Below are positions 20,823-30,580 of a DNA stretch of 64,000 nt, piece after piece. This DNA comes from an uncultured bacterium (lineage in GTDB: Bacteria > Chloroflexota > UBA5177 > JANWHV01). Every line of letters begins with the position of its first letter. Position 1 is the first letter of the stretch. A model generated the notes under the pieces. The model was given only the letters and a program-made list of their open reading frames with translations, was not told where the DNA came from and searched no databases. The DNA lies in contig CAVSOU010000004.1 of assembly GCA_963729625.1 (NCBI GenBank), forward strand, positions 1-64,000, given 5' to 3'. Made by a program: the position numbers and the translations under genes.

Positions 20823-23354
20823 ATGTACAGTCACGCACGGCACGCGGATAATGAAGCAGGATGGCTCGGCCCGAACGCCACTGAGGTTGCCTTTCCCCTT
20901 GGCGGTATCGGCACCGGCACTATCTCGATCGGCGCGCGCGGCAATCTACGCGATTTCGAGATCTGGAATGAGCCGCGCAAAGGCCTGGTTCTCCCATACA
21001 GCCATTTTAGCCTTTCGGCCCAGGCAGGTCAGGGGCCAAGGGTCACACGGATACTCGAAGGACACATTCCGCCGCCCTACTCTGCCTCGCACGGCATCCA
21101 CCCGAATCTGGGCGGCGGCTTACCGCGATTTGCGACAAGCCGCTTCCGCGGACAGTACCCCATTGCCGAGCTTGAGCTTCGCGATCCCGAGGTGCCGGTG
21201 GAAGCCAGGCTACTTGCGTTTACACCATTCGTTCCCCTCGATGCGGATGAGTCTGGCCTTCCGTGCGCCGTTTTCCTGTGGACGTTGACCAATACCAGTG
21301 CCGAGATCGTGCAGGCTACGGTCGTGGGCTCCTTGCTGAACCCAGCCACCTATCCCGGCGTTGACGAGTTTGGCAATCTGCTTAGCTATCCAAATGGGGA
21401 AGCACACAACGCCATGTATGAAGCGGAGCGCCTGCAAGGTGTATGCTTCGAAGGCCCGGGTGTTTCATCCGCGGATTTAGCCTACGGCAACGCGGTGCTG
21501 GCGACTACAGCCCCGCGTACCACCGCCAAGCCCGAATGGTTCCGCGGCGGTTGGTTCGATACGCTCCGCGAGTTTTGGGACGACCTGTCGTCCGACGGTC
21601 AGCTGACGGCGCTGACATCAAATCACGGCGTGGAGCAGGGTATGATTGGCCCGGCCCACTCAAATGTCGTCGCCGGTTCGGTTGGCGCGCGACTTGAGCT
21701 TGCGCCTGGCGCCAGCTCGACCGTCACCTTCATTCTAAGCTGGTATTTTCCGAATCGCGTAAACGGTTGGGATCGTGCCTCGCCATCCCAGCCACCGACG
21801 GCGCGGGTGCACTACGCTGGCCGCTTTGGCGGTGCCCGGGACGTCGCCGAGTACGTGGCGGGGAATCTTGAACGGTTGCAGACGGCAACGCTTCAGTTCA
21901 GGGACGCGCTGTTCGAGAGCAGCCTGCCACCAGCCGTGGTCGATGCGCTGTCTGGCACGATGGTCGTGATCCGCAGCAACACGTGCTTCTGGCTGGAGAA
22001 TGGGAGGTTCTATGGCTGGGAAGGCTGTTTCGACCACGGCGGATCGTGTCACGGGAACTGTACTCACGTCTGGAACTATGCCCAGATCCTAGCCTTCCTG
22101 TTCCCGAGCCTCGAGATGAGCATGGTCCGTACCGCATTCCTCGACGAGGTCGAAGAGTCGGGGAAGATGCACTTTCGCACGGGTGCGCATTTCGAGCAGG
22201 TGTTCGAGAAACACCCGGCGGCGGTCGACGGACAACTCGGCACGATCATCCGTCTATGGCGCACGTTCCTGCTAACAGGCGATCGCGAGTTTCTCCAGGA
22301 GCTGTGGCCCAACGCTCGAGCCTGCCTGAAGTACGCGTTGCAGACGTGGGATACGGATGGTGACGAGGTTCTGGACGGTGAGCAGCACAATACCTATGAC
22401 ATTGAGTTCTGGGGACCAAACCCACTCTCGGGTGTACTACTCCTGGGCGCAGTACGGGCCATGGAGGAGATAGCACTGCGACTGGGCCATGCCGATGAGG
22501 CGCGCCGTTATCGTGCCAGCTTCGACCGCAGCAAGATGCAGCTGGATGAAATGCTCTGGAACGGTGAGTATTACGTCCAGCGGTTGGACGACGTCGATCG
22601 CCATCCTTACCAGCACGGAGTGGGCTGTCTATCCGACCAAATGCTCGGCCAAATGCTGGCCCACGTTGCGCAGCTCGGCTATCTGCTGCCGGCTGAGCAT
22701 GTGAGGACTGCGCTGGACAGCATACATCGCTACAATTTCCTCCGACCGCTTGGCAATCACGTCAACGTCCAGCGCGCCTATGCCTTTGCCGACGAAGCTG
22801 GCCTGATCCTCTGCACTTGGCCGCACGGTGGGAGACCCAGACTTCCCTTCGTATACTCCGACGAAGTGTGGACCGGCGTTGAATATCAGGTGGCCAGTCA
22901 CCTGATCTACGAAGGGCGCGTTTCGGAGGGCCTGTCGATTGTTGCAGCGCTGCGAAGCCGCCACGACGGATACCGGCGGAATCCGTGGGACGAGGTAGAG
23001 TGCGGCCATCATTACGCCCGATCGTTGGCCAGTTGGTCCTTGGTACCGGCTCTGACCGGCTTCACGTCTGACGTGGACGCACGGATCATTCGCTTCGATC
23101 CGGTGCTGCCCGAACTTAACGGTAGCTTCCGCACGTTGTTCACGTGCGGTGCCGGTTGGGGAGTGTATACCCAGCAGCGATTCGACAATCACATACAGCC
23201 CGGCTTGGTAGTGCTCGGCGGCAATCTGGATGGCTTCCGCCTGGAAGTCGACGGCGGCCAGTGGCAAATCAAGGAAGGCGAGCTGCTGCAAGACGCGGCA
23301 GATCGAGCAGCGGTGGAAAGCCGAACTGATGTGAAGGCCTGGACGGGGCCATGA
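20823..23354 (+). CDS. GH116 family glycoside hydrolase (non-lysosomal glucosylceramidase-like)
   Basis: FPLGGIGTG, GWEG..GSCHGNCTHVWNY, QHNTYDIE, LWNGEYY, GCLSDQ, EVWTGVEY, NPWDEVECGHHYAR. Confidence 0.92.
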   Translation: MYSHARHADNEAGWLGPNATEVAFPLGGIGTGTISIGARGNLRDFEIWNEPRKGLVLPYSHFSLSAQAGQGPRVTRILEGHIPPPYSASHGIHPNLGGGLPRFATSRFRGQYPIAELELRDPEVPVEARLLAFTPFVPLDADESGLPCAVFLWTLTNTSAEIVQATVVGSLLNPATYPGVDEFGNLLSYPNGEAHNAMYEAERLQGVCFEGPGVSSADLAYGNAVLATTAPRTTAKPEWFRGGWFDTLREFWDDLSSDGQLTALTSNHGVEQGMIGPAHSNVVAGSVGARLELAPGASSTVTFILSWYFPNRVNGWDRASPSQPPTARVHYAGRFGGARDVAEYVAGNLERLQTATLQFRDALFESSLPPAVVDALSGTMVVIRSNTCFWLENGRFYGWEGCFDHGGSCHGNCTHVWNYAQILAFLFPSLEMSMVRTAFLDEVEESGKMHFRTGAHFEQVFEKHPAAVDGQLGTIIRLWRTFLLTGDREFLQELWPNARACLKYALQTWDTDGDEVLDGEQHNTYDIEFWGPNPLSGVLLLGAVRAMEEIALRLGHADEARRYRASFDRSKMQLDEMLWNGEYYVQRLDDVDRHPYQHGVGCLSDQMLGQMLAHVAQLGYLLPAEHVRTALDSIHRYNFLRPLGNHVNVQRAYAFADEAGLILCTWPHGGRPRLPFVYSDEVWTGVEYQVASHLIYEGRVSEGLSIVAALRSRHDGYRRNPWDEVECGHHYARSLASWSLVPALTGFTSDVDARIIRFDPVLPELNGSFRTLFTCGAGWGVYTQQRFDNHIQPGLVVLGGNLDGFRLEVDGGQWQIKEGELLQDAADRAAVESRTDVKAWTGP

Positions 23355-23454
23355 CAATGTCGGGCGTGCCCGTCCGCCCGAGCCGGCACGCAAGCAGCGC
23401 CAGAAGACGCGCACGGCGGGCGATGGTAAAGCGTGTTGTGGTCACGGCGAACCG

Positions 23455-23752
23455 CGAGAAGAAGCTTGTTGAGGAACTCTTGCTGGTCAGTCGCATGGAC
23501 GCGGGCGCCTTGGTGGTCGACTGCCAAGCGGTCGACCCGGTCGCCCAGATCCGGCAGGCCAGGGCGAGGTCCAGGGCAGCTACGCCGGCCGGGACATCGA
23601 GGTGCAGGGTGTGGCAGGCCTCATCGTGCAGGGCGAGGCAGGTCGTATCGTCAGGATACTGGTGAACGTTCTTGATGATGCGGCCAAGTACTCGCCGGAG
23701 GGCACGCCGATCGGGGTGGCCTGGGAGGCGACGAATGCAATCGCCCGGATTC
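23455..23752 (+). pseudogene. Degenerate sensor histidine kinase fragment
   Basis: KLVEELLLVSRMDAG (HisKA end), then frameshifted RILVNVLDDAAKYSPEGTPI (N-box). Cut off exactly where the 179-bp repeat begins. Confidence 0.7.
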
Positions 23753-23931
23753 GGCTGTTGGGCGTGGACGTGCGGAGCACGGCGCGGTGATGAGGTCAAG
23801 GCAGCATCCGGGGTGGACCTTGGCGACGGAGCGCCAGGAGCACGCGCCCGCGGCACGGCACTCGTCAGCCCTCGCGGCTGGTCCCGAGTCAGTGAGGCTG
23901 CCGCCGAAGCGGTACTGGTGGTGCACGCCGG
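23753..23931 (+). repeat. 179-bp direct repeat, copy 1
   Basis: Matches 37931-38109 with 3 substitutions by manual alignment. Confidence 0.95.
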
Positions 23932-24143
23932 TAACGACGGCGCCGACGCCACGATCATCAGGTCCCGAGTTATCACTTCGTGGCGCACATGCCGGGCCGG
24001 CGAGTGACCGGCCATGCCGGACGTGCCAGTGCGACCGGCGTGCTCGACTGACTAGGTATCCAGATCGCAGATCTGGGGATATACTGACTACTGCGGAATG
24101 CCTGGGTAGGGAGTTGTCCTCATGCCAGACGACTGGTAACAGG

Positions 24144-24962
24144 ATGATGTCCGCAACGAGCGTATGGCAGGAACAGGCTGATCTGTCAGTTCGTGAGTCC
24201 GTGCGCCGGGTACTGATCTGCCTGCTCGGTCCCTTTTGCATCTTCACCCAGGCGCGCCTGGTGACCGCGCGTGGCGCCACGAAGACCGCGGCGTTCTTCT
24301 GTGCCCTGGCGATCAGGCCCAGCTACTCCGCATCGCGCGACGCGCTGCTGCACACACTTTGGCCGGATGTCGAGGCGGAGCTGGCACGCCAGTCACTCAA
24401 CAGCCTCGTCTATTGTCTCCATAAGTCACTTCGAGATGCACTCGACGGTGCCACGCCGGTTCTCTACGATGGCGAGAACTACTCGCTCAACACCGAAGCC
24501 GGAATCGACCTGGATGTGGCCAGGTTCGACGAGCTCTTCACAGCTGCCAACCGTAAAGCTCAGGCCGGTAGTCCGGCGGCAGCAGCCGCCCTCTACAATC
24601 AAGCCGTCGCCCTCTATCGCGGCGACCTGTGCATTGGCTTCGACATTCAGACCGTCATCGAGCGCGAACGGCTACGCGCCCAGTATCTGAGCCTGCTTGC
24701 ACAGCTGGCGGATTACCACTACAGCGCGGCCAGCTATGATGCGTGCCTTCAGTACGCGCATCGCCTTCTTGCCAACGATCCGTGCCGGGAAGATGCTCAC
24801 AGGCTGGTCATGCGCTGTTATGTCCGTCGCGGCGAGCGCTCCCAAGCACTGCATCAGTACCTCATCTGCGAGCAGATCCTGCGCTCCCAGTTCGATGCTG
24901 CGCCAGAGCCTGCCAGCAAGGCGCTATACGATCAAGCGCGCCTTACTCCGGAGTCGGTGTGA
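24144..24962 (+). CDS. Stand-alone SARP/AfsR-family activator (wHTH + BTAD)
   Basis: ICLLGPF, SRDALLHTLWP..ARQSLNSLVYCLHKSL, DLDVARF, ALYRGDL, ERERLR, DPCREDAHRLVMRCY..GERSQALHQY. No NB-ARC or TPR extension. Confidence 0.92.
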   Translation: MMSATSVWQEQADLSVRESVRRVLICLLGPFCIFTQARLVTARGATKTAAFFCALAIRPSYSASRDALLHTLWPDVEAELARQSLNSLVYCLHKSLRDALDGATPVLYDGENYSLNTEAGIDLDVARFDELFTAANRKAQAGSPAAAAALYNQAVALYRGDLCIGFDIQTVIERERLRAQYLSLLAQLADYHYSAASYDACLQYAHRLLANDPCREDAHRLVMRCYVRRGERSQALHQYLICEQILRSQFDAAPEPASKALYDQARLTPESV

Positions 24963-25160
24963 GTTCGTCGACCCGGCGCTCCAGCTCAGATCGCGGCTGA
25001 GCCTCTCGCGCGGCTGTCTACCAGGGTCACGCTGGAATCTACGGGCGCTGGCGAATAGGCGCGAACTGGCGAGTCCAGTCCCTGCGTGCCCGTCCGTCGC
25101 GCCGCGGATCGTCACTTGGCCGCACTGTTAGGCGTCCTGCCGAGCTGCGGCTGGAGGAAA

Positions 25161-25199
25161 CCTCACCCGATCCTCATTGACACCTCATCGAGAACTCAG
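25161..25199 (+). promoter_or_regulatory. Four direct repeats with 11-bp period (putative SARP binding array)
   Basis: CTCA at 25162, 25173, 25184 and 25195 within CCTCACCCGATCCTCATTGACACCTCATCGAGAACTCAG. Confidence 0.6.
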
Positions 25200-25693
25200 G
25201 CTCATCTTCAGCAGCCATTGAGCGGGAACTCAGTGGCTACTGCTGGAATAGGTGTGGGATCGGCACGCATGATGCCGCCGCAGGCCCGACGCTGTGTTGT
25301 ACAGTCCGACAAGAGCAGTGGCTGGCAACGGAGTGATACGGCCGGCGGCACTCTGGGTGCGGACCGATGAGATTGGACGGCCGGCTCACGACAACCTGCT
25401 CGGCAAGAGAAGCAGCGGGGGATGGGCGGTGCGTCTGCCGGTAGGGTGTGCTAGGCAAACTGCGCGATTCGCTGGAGCGGTGGTGGGGAGGCTCCGCCGC
25501 CGCGTTCCGTAACCCGGCGCCCCGGAAGAAGGGCCGGCAGGACGACTGGATAGCGAGCCGCGCACCACGAGACACGTGCTTGGCGCCGACGACCCCGATT
25601 GACCGCGCGCCGCCACATCATGCCTGCCACCTCCGTGCAATCGATGCCCTCCACAAGAGCGTCGGCGCGGTCCCAGCACTGTGAGGTGGTCAC

Positions 25694-28600
25694 GTGGCAA
25701 CACAGCTTAACCTCGCGGAAATCCAGCGGTCACGACATCAGGCGAATGAGCGGGACCGCAGTCATACGTCTCCGTTGCACTCGCGGTGGTCCCGCCGCGG
25801 CTTCCTGGCAGCCTCTGGCGTTCTTGCAGCCAGCACTCTCTCGGGTGTGAGTGGAGTCCTGGCCGCCAGGACTGGAAGTGTCGTGGCCCGGCGCCAGCGA
25901 AATGGAATCGTGCTCGAGCGCGACGGCCAAGTTCTCTGGACGCTCGACCCTACGCAGTTCGAGCCCGGCGCCCGGGCGACGATTATCGCCAGTGGCCGCG
26001 ACGGCAAGGCCGCGGCAGTTGAGCTGCTCAATGCGCGGTATGCCGGTCTTGCCCTGTCGCTGACCGTGCGGCTCACGGTCACGCAGGGCGATCATCGGCT
26101 GCAGGTGTCCTGCCTGGTCGACGGGCTCAGTGCCGTGACCTGGAGTGCCGAGGTGCCGCTGTTCGACTGGCTGGACGGGCGAGCTGTCCCCCAGGCGACG
26201 CTTACGACGGCACAAGCACGCGAGGTGCTGAGCACAGTACATACGTATGGGCTCGGCGTGGTCCAGCAAGGAGCCGCACCCGTGCATGTGGCGCTCGAGC
26301 CTTCGCTCGGTCTTCGACTGATCGGACCGCTGGAACTGCAGGGAGTGTTCGGCGCCGTGCTGCCGACGCGGTGCATTGGTCTCGCACCCCTTCCCGGAGA
26401 CGCGCCGTCGCTGCTGGCGCGCCCCGCATCCCGCCGCACGCTCCTCACGGCCGACCGCGGCGCCGCCAAGTGGCAGATCGACGTACAGAAGGCACACGCT
26501 GACGGCTGGGAAATTCGCGGCCAGGGATCAAGGCTCTTCGATAGTGTTCGAGCCGAGCTATCCCGGCAAGGCGCGGCCATTCAGCTTCTTCCCTCCGGCC
26601 AGCCAAAGGGGCGCCTGCGCTTCCACCCGATTGCCGGACAGTCGGGCATGCTGCTTGATCAACCCTCGGTGGTGATAGCGCGGATCGGCGAAGAGGAATC
26701 GTATGCCGTGGTCGCCGGCTTTGCCGCCCAAGCGGGCTGGATAGCAGCCGGAACCGGCCGCGTGCAACTCGGGGCCGATCCCGAGACTGAGCCGCTCCAG
26801 GTCGCCTTCACGCAGCACGGTACGCAGACGCTGATCTGTTGTCCTGCGGTGCGAACCCTCGTCCTCCCGTTGCCTGGGGCATCCACGCTGCCGATCAACC
26901 TGCAGGGGCAGGGCCTCTCCGCCCAGCTTCGCTACGAGCAACTGTCGGAGCACGCTCATGCGCTCGTGCGGCCCACACCCACGCGGGAACCACTCGCAAT
27001 CGTGATTCCACCTAACCGGCGCCCTACTGTGAGCACTCCCTTCGACTTCACGGTGGACATCCTTCGGCATGATGATCTACTGGCGCTGAACATCGGGTTC
27101 GCGAATGCCCGACTCACGAGCGATACTCGCGGCACGAGGGTGGTTGCCAAGGATACCACGAAGCCGATGACCATGATCGTAACGTTCCCACCGCAGCACG
27201 TGGCCGAGCATGCCTACCCCGAGCACCATACCCCGTTCGACGAGCCCGGCCGGTGGTCCAAGCCGACAGAGTCGGTCTTTGCCAACACCTCGCGATTGGC
27301 CTTCCGGCTCCCGACCTCGGTCACCTCCCTCGACTACACCACTGCATCGCTGCTCGATTGGTCGCGCTTCACCCTGATCGTAGCCCCCACTGCTGCCCTG
27401 TCAGCGCCTCGCGGAGCACAGATTGCCGCGCCTTCGGCCACAGAGACTGCGTTGGAAATCCCCGAACGGCTGATCCTGTCGCCAAACGAGAAGGCCGGCT
27501 GGGTGCACGCATTCTCACCGGTCGTCCACAACAACCGGACCGAGCTGTGGCACACACGCCTGGCAGTCCGGCTGGACGACGGCCATGGCGGCACGCTGCT
27601 TGACGAGACGACTACCAGCTACCGCACGCTGCGCGCCATCTGGTCGCCCGACGTCGCGTCCGCCGCGGCGGACATATCCCCTTTGTCGCTGGCTCCGAGC
27701 GATCGTGTGCAGCTTGTCAAGCTCATGGCCACGCGCTACAGCCTCTTTCGTTCCCTGACCACGGCGTATGATTCCTCGGCTGTGGTGCCGGCTGAAACGG
27801 TCACGCGTCCCGACGATAGCAGCCCAGCCACCGTCAACAAGCTGATGCTGACCGCGCTGGGCGCCTGGATGGACGTACACGGGCATTGGGATCCCACGGC
27901 CTTCCCGTATGGATCGACCCCCGGTCTCAGCGTGGAGGACTGGACGCATATCGTGGGCATGGGACGCGACGCCTATGTGCGTGTCATGTACGGCGGCTGC
28001 CTCCTGCCGTTCGGCCACCGGGCGACGTTGATAAAAGTGGTGGAGCGGCAGTACTTCCCCGACAGCGTCGTCGCCAGTGCGTACCGCGCCCTCCCTGGTC
28101 CGGGCACTTCCGTGGGCCCTGGTGTGACCGCCTACCTGGTGGAGCGCGTGTATGTCGTGGTGCGCGAGCAGGAACGCGATTATGGCGATCCCACTGCGCA
28201 GACTCCCCAAGGCCGGGCGATGCCCTTCCAGATCGTGCGCATTCTCACCAAGACGACGCCGGACCTCGCGCTCGACGCGACTGCCAATCCGCCGATCCCG
28301 ATTCCCGCGCTGGGCAGCACGGCGGGTGAAGCGTTCTGGCCTTCCATCGACCTTGGCGGTGGGCAAATTCAGCCGTTCCTGTTCCAGCTGACCGGCACCG
28401 ACCGTGCCGGCAACACCGTGACATGGACACAGCAGCTGGCGTTCCTGGACGAAGGTTTCCAGGCCAATCCGAACGACATCATCTCGGCTTACAACAGGCT
28501 TGACCCGCTCGGCGATCGCCGCCTGATCCAGATGAACGGACAGAAGATTGCCTACGCGGTGCCGTCTGCCACCGAGCCTCACGCCACCACGTTCCCGACG

Positions 28601-30565
28601 GAGAGTATCAGCTTCGGTATCGCGCCCCAACCCTTCAGCGATCCGCATAGAGCGCACCTGCTGCCGACTATTGCGTACGATAATCCGATCACGGACCCGC
28701 AGACACTGGCTTACAGCATGCCGGTTCGAAGGCTGCAGGTGACGGACGTGGCGCTGCGCAGCCTCAGCCCCAGCCCGGACCCGCTCTACAACACGCAGGC
28801 GCAGGCGCTCATTCAGTGCGAGGCGCTCAGCCAGATCGCGGGTCAGGACGCGGGGACCGCGTTGACCTATACGGAAACGTACATCACGCACGGCTTCGAC
28901 CCCGCCTACAACAACGGCGAGGTGTTCCTGGGAGCCATTCCCGGAGCGTCATGTCCTGCCATCCACTTCAGTGCCGACCAGGTGGGCGGCGTGGCCGCTC
29001 CCAACTTCACGCTGGTCGGTCACTCGCGCCTGCTGGGACCGGTAACGGGCGATCCCAAGAACCCCGACGGGTCGCTCAAGACCCAGACGACGGGCGGGTT
29101 CGACCCGACCCAGTGCCTCAAGGATGCAGTCTTGCTCGGCGGACTGGTGCTTTCGGAGATCGTGCAAGCACTTGCTCCCGGCGGTCTCGGCAGCGACCCC
29201 AGCCACGCGCCCGTTTTCAAGTCGCAAAAGAAGTATAAGAATCCCTGTTGGACGGACCCCAAGGACGCCACGTCAAAACCCGACGGGCGCTGTGATCTGA
29301 GCAAAGACAACACGAAAGACAGCGAGCTGACGAGCCCGCCGAGCTTTGATCCCTCCGCCCAGCCAGTGGCGCTAGAAACCTTCCTCCAGTGGTCACCAAA
29401 GCTGAACGGCAGCAACCCGCCAAGCACGACACCAATACCGCCCTTCTTCGGTATTCTCATCCCCTCCTACAAGGGGGTGGGCGTCAGCCTCTCGCTCAAG
29501 GCGTCGGTGCGGACCGAGCTGATCACCAAGGTCGATGCCAAAATCACCAAGGGCGGCACTCCCAGCGACCCGAACAAGCTCAAGGTCGAGGGAGCGCTGA
29601 ACAATTTCTCCATCGTGCTGCTGGCGGTGCACCCGCTTATCCAGGTCGACTTCAACTCGTTCACGTTCTCCTATTCCATGGATAAGGGCTTCGAACCGAA
29701 GCCCGACATCGACGGCGTACAGTTCCTGAACGAGCTGAGCTTCATCTCGAAGCTCAAGGACTACCTGGCGGGCCTGTTTACCAAGAAAGGAGGCAGCGGC
29801 TCCAGCGGCTCCAAGGGCAGCAGTTTCGGCGTGTCGCCCATATTCGACCTCGGCACCGATCACATCACTGTGGGAGCTAATCTGGCGCTGCCCAGTGTCT
29901 CGGTGGGGGTCTTCGCGCTGAAGAATCTCAAGCTCGGGGCGGCCATGAAGATCCCGTTCAGCAGCCCCGTAGAGTTCGACTTCAACTTCTGCAAGCGCGA
30001 GGACCCATTCTCGCTTTCCGTGTACGGCATCGGAGGAGGCGGCTTCTTCGCACTGGGCATCGCGGCCGCCAGCGATGACAAGCACCACGGAGGGCTCAAG
30101 TCAATCGAGGCCGCCTTCGAGTTCGGCGCCAATATCTCGATCGATCTGGGCGTGGCCAGCGGCGGTGTCTTCATCAAAGCCGGCATCTACTACAGCTACG
30201 ATTCCGACCCGAAGAAGGGGACGCAGCTGCAGGGCTACCTCAAGATGGGAGGCTGCCTTTCCGTACTCGGCCTGATCACGGCCTCCCTCGAGTTTGATCT
30301 GACTCTCACCTACAAGTCGGTGAACGACAGTGTGGCTGGCGACGCGTCACTGAAGATCGAGATCGATATCTTCTTCTTCAGCGCGTCGGTGACACTTAGT
30401 GTGCACAAGGAATTCGCCGGCGGCGGGGCAAGTGGCCAACCGGCCGCCATGTCTGCGCGGCTGCCCGGCATGGCGGCAGCACTGCCGGCCGCCGGTTCCG
30501 AGCATACCTTTGCCGACATCATGTCGTCGCAGCAGTGGGGCGCATATGCTGAGGCATTTGCCTAG
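25694..30565 (+). CDS. Giant hypothetical protein (1623 aa) with a twin-arginine signal and a beta-strand-rich C-terminus
   Basis: GAGGTGG RBS with GTG start, SRRGFLAASGVLAAS Tat motif, uninterrupted 4.9-kb ORF, no recognisable catalytic family. Confidence 0.9.
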   Translation: MATQLNLAEIQRSRHQANERDRSHTSPLHSRWSRRGFLAASGVLAASTLSGVSGVLAARTGSVVARRQRNGIVLERDGQVLWTLDPTQFEPGARATIIASGRDGKAAAVELLNARYAGLALSLTVRLTVTQGDHRLQVSCLVDGLSAVTWSAEVPLFDWLDGRAVPQATLTTAQAREVLSTVHTYGLGVVQQGAAPVHVALEPSLGLRLIGPLELQGVFGAVLPTRCIGLAPLPGDAPSLLARPASRRTLLTADRGAAKWQIDVQKAHADGWEIRGQGSRLFDSVRAELSRQGAAIQLLPSGQPKGRLRFHPIAGQSGMLLDQPSVVIARIGEEESYAVVAGFAAQAGWIAAGTGRVQLGADPETEPLQVAFTQHGTQTLICCPAVRTLVLPLPGASTLPINLQGQGLSAQLRYEQLSEHAHALVRPTPTREPLAIVIPPNRRPTVSTPFDFTVDILRHDDLLALNIGFANARLTSDTRGTRVVAKDTTKPMTMIVTFPPQHVAEHAYPEHHTPFDEPGRWSKPTESVFANTSRLAFRLPTSVTSLDYTTASLLDWSRFTLIVAPTAALSAPRGAQIAAPSATETALEIPERLILSPNEKAGWVHAFSPVVHNNRTELWHTRLAVRLDDGHGGTLLDETTTSYRTLRAIWSPDVASAAADISPLSLAPSDRVQLVKLMATRYSLFRSLTTAYDSSAVVPAETVTRPDDSSPATVNKLMLTALGAWMDVHGHWDPTAFPYGSTPGLSVEDWTHIVGMGRDAYVRVMYGGCLLPFGHRATLIKVVERQYFPDSVVASAYRALPGPGTSVGPGVTAYLVERVYVVVREQERDYGDPTAQTPQGRAMPFQIVRILTKTTPDLALDATANPPIPIPALGSTAGEAFWPSIDLGGGQIQPFLFQLTGTDRAGNTVTWTQQLAFLDEGFQANPNDIISAYNRLDPLGDRRLIQMNGQKIAYAVPSATEPHATTFPTESISFGIAPQPFSDPHRAHLLPTIAYDNPITDPQTLAYSMPVRRLQVTDVALRSLSPSPDPLYNTQAQALIQCEALSQIAGQDAGTALTYTETYITHGFDPAYNNGEVFLGAIPGASCPAIHFSADQVGGVAAPNFTLVGHSRLLGPVTGDPKNPDGSLKTQTTGGFDPTQCLKDAVLLGGLVLSEIVQALAPGGLGSDPSHAPVFKSQKKYKNPCWTDPKDATSKPDGRCDLSKDNTKDSELTSPPSFDPSAQPVALETFLQWSPKLNGSNPPSTTPIPPFFGILIPSYKGVGVSLSLKASVRTELITKVDAKITKGGTPSDPNKLKVEGALNNFSIVLLAVHPLIQVDFNSFTFSYSMDKGFEPKPDIDGVQFLNELSFISKLKDYLAGLFTKKGGSGSSGSKGSSFGVSPIFDLGTDHITVGANLALPSVSVGVFALKNLKLGAAMKIPFSSPVEFDFNFCKREDPFSLSVYGIGGGGFFALGIAAASDDKHHGGLKSIEAAFEFGANISIDLGVASGGVFIKAGIYYSYDSDPKKGTQLQGYLKMGGCLSVLGLITASLEFDLTLTYKSVNDSVAGDASLKIEIDIFFFSASVTLSVHKEFAGGGASGQPAAMSARLPGMAAALPAAGSEHTFADIMSSQQWGAYAEAFA

Positions 30566-30580
30566 AGAGGAGCATGGGCC

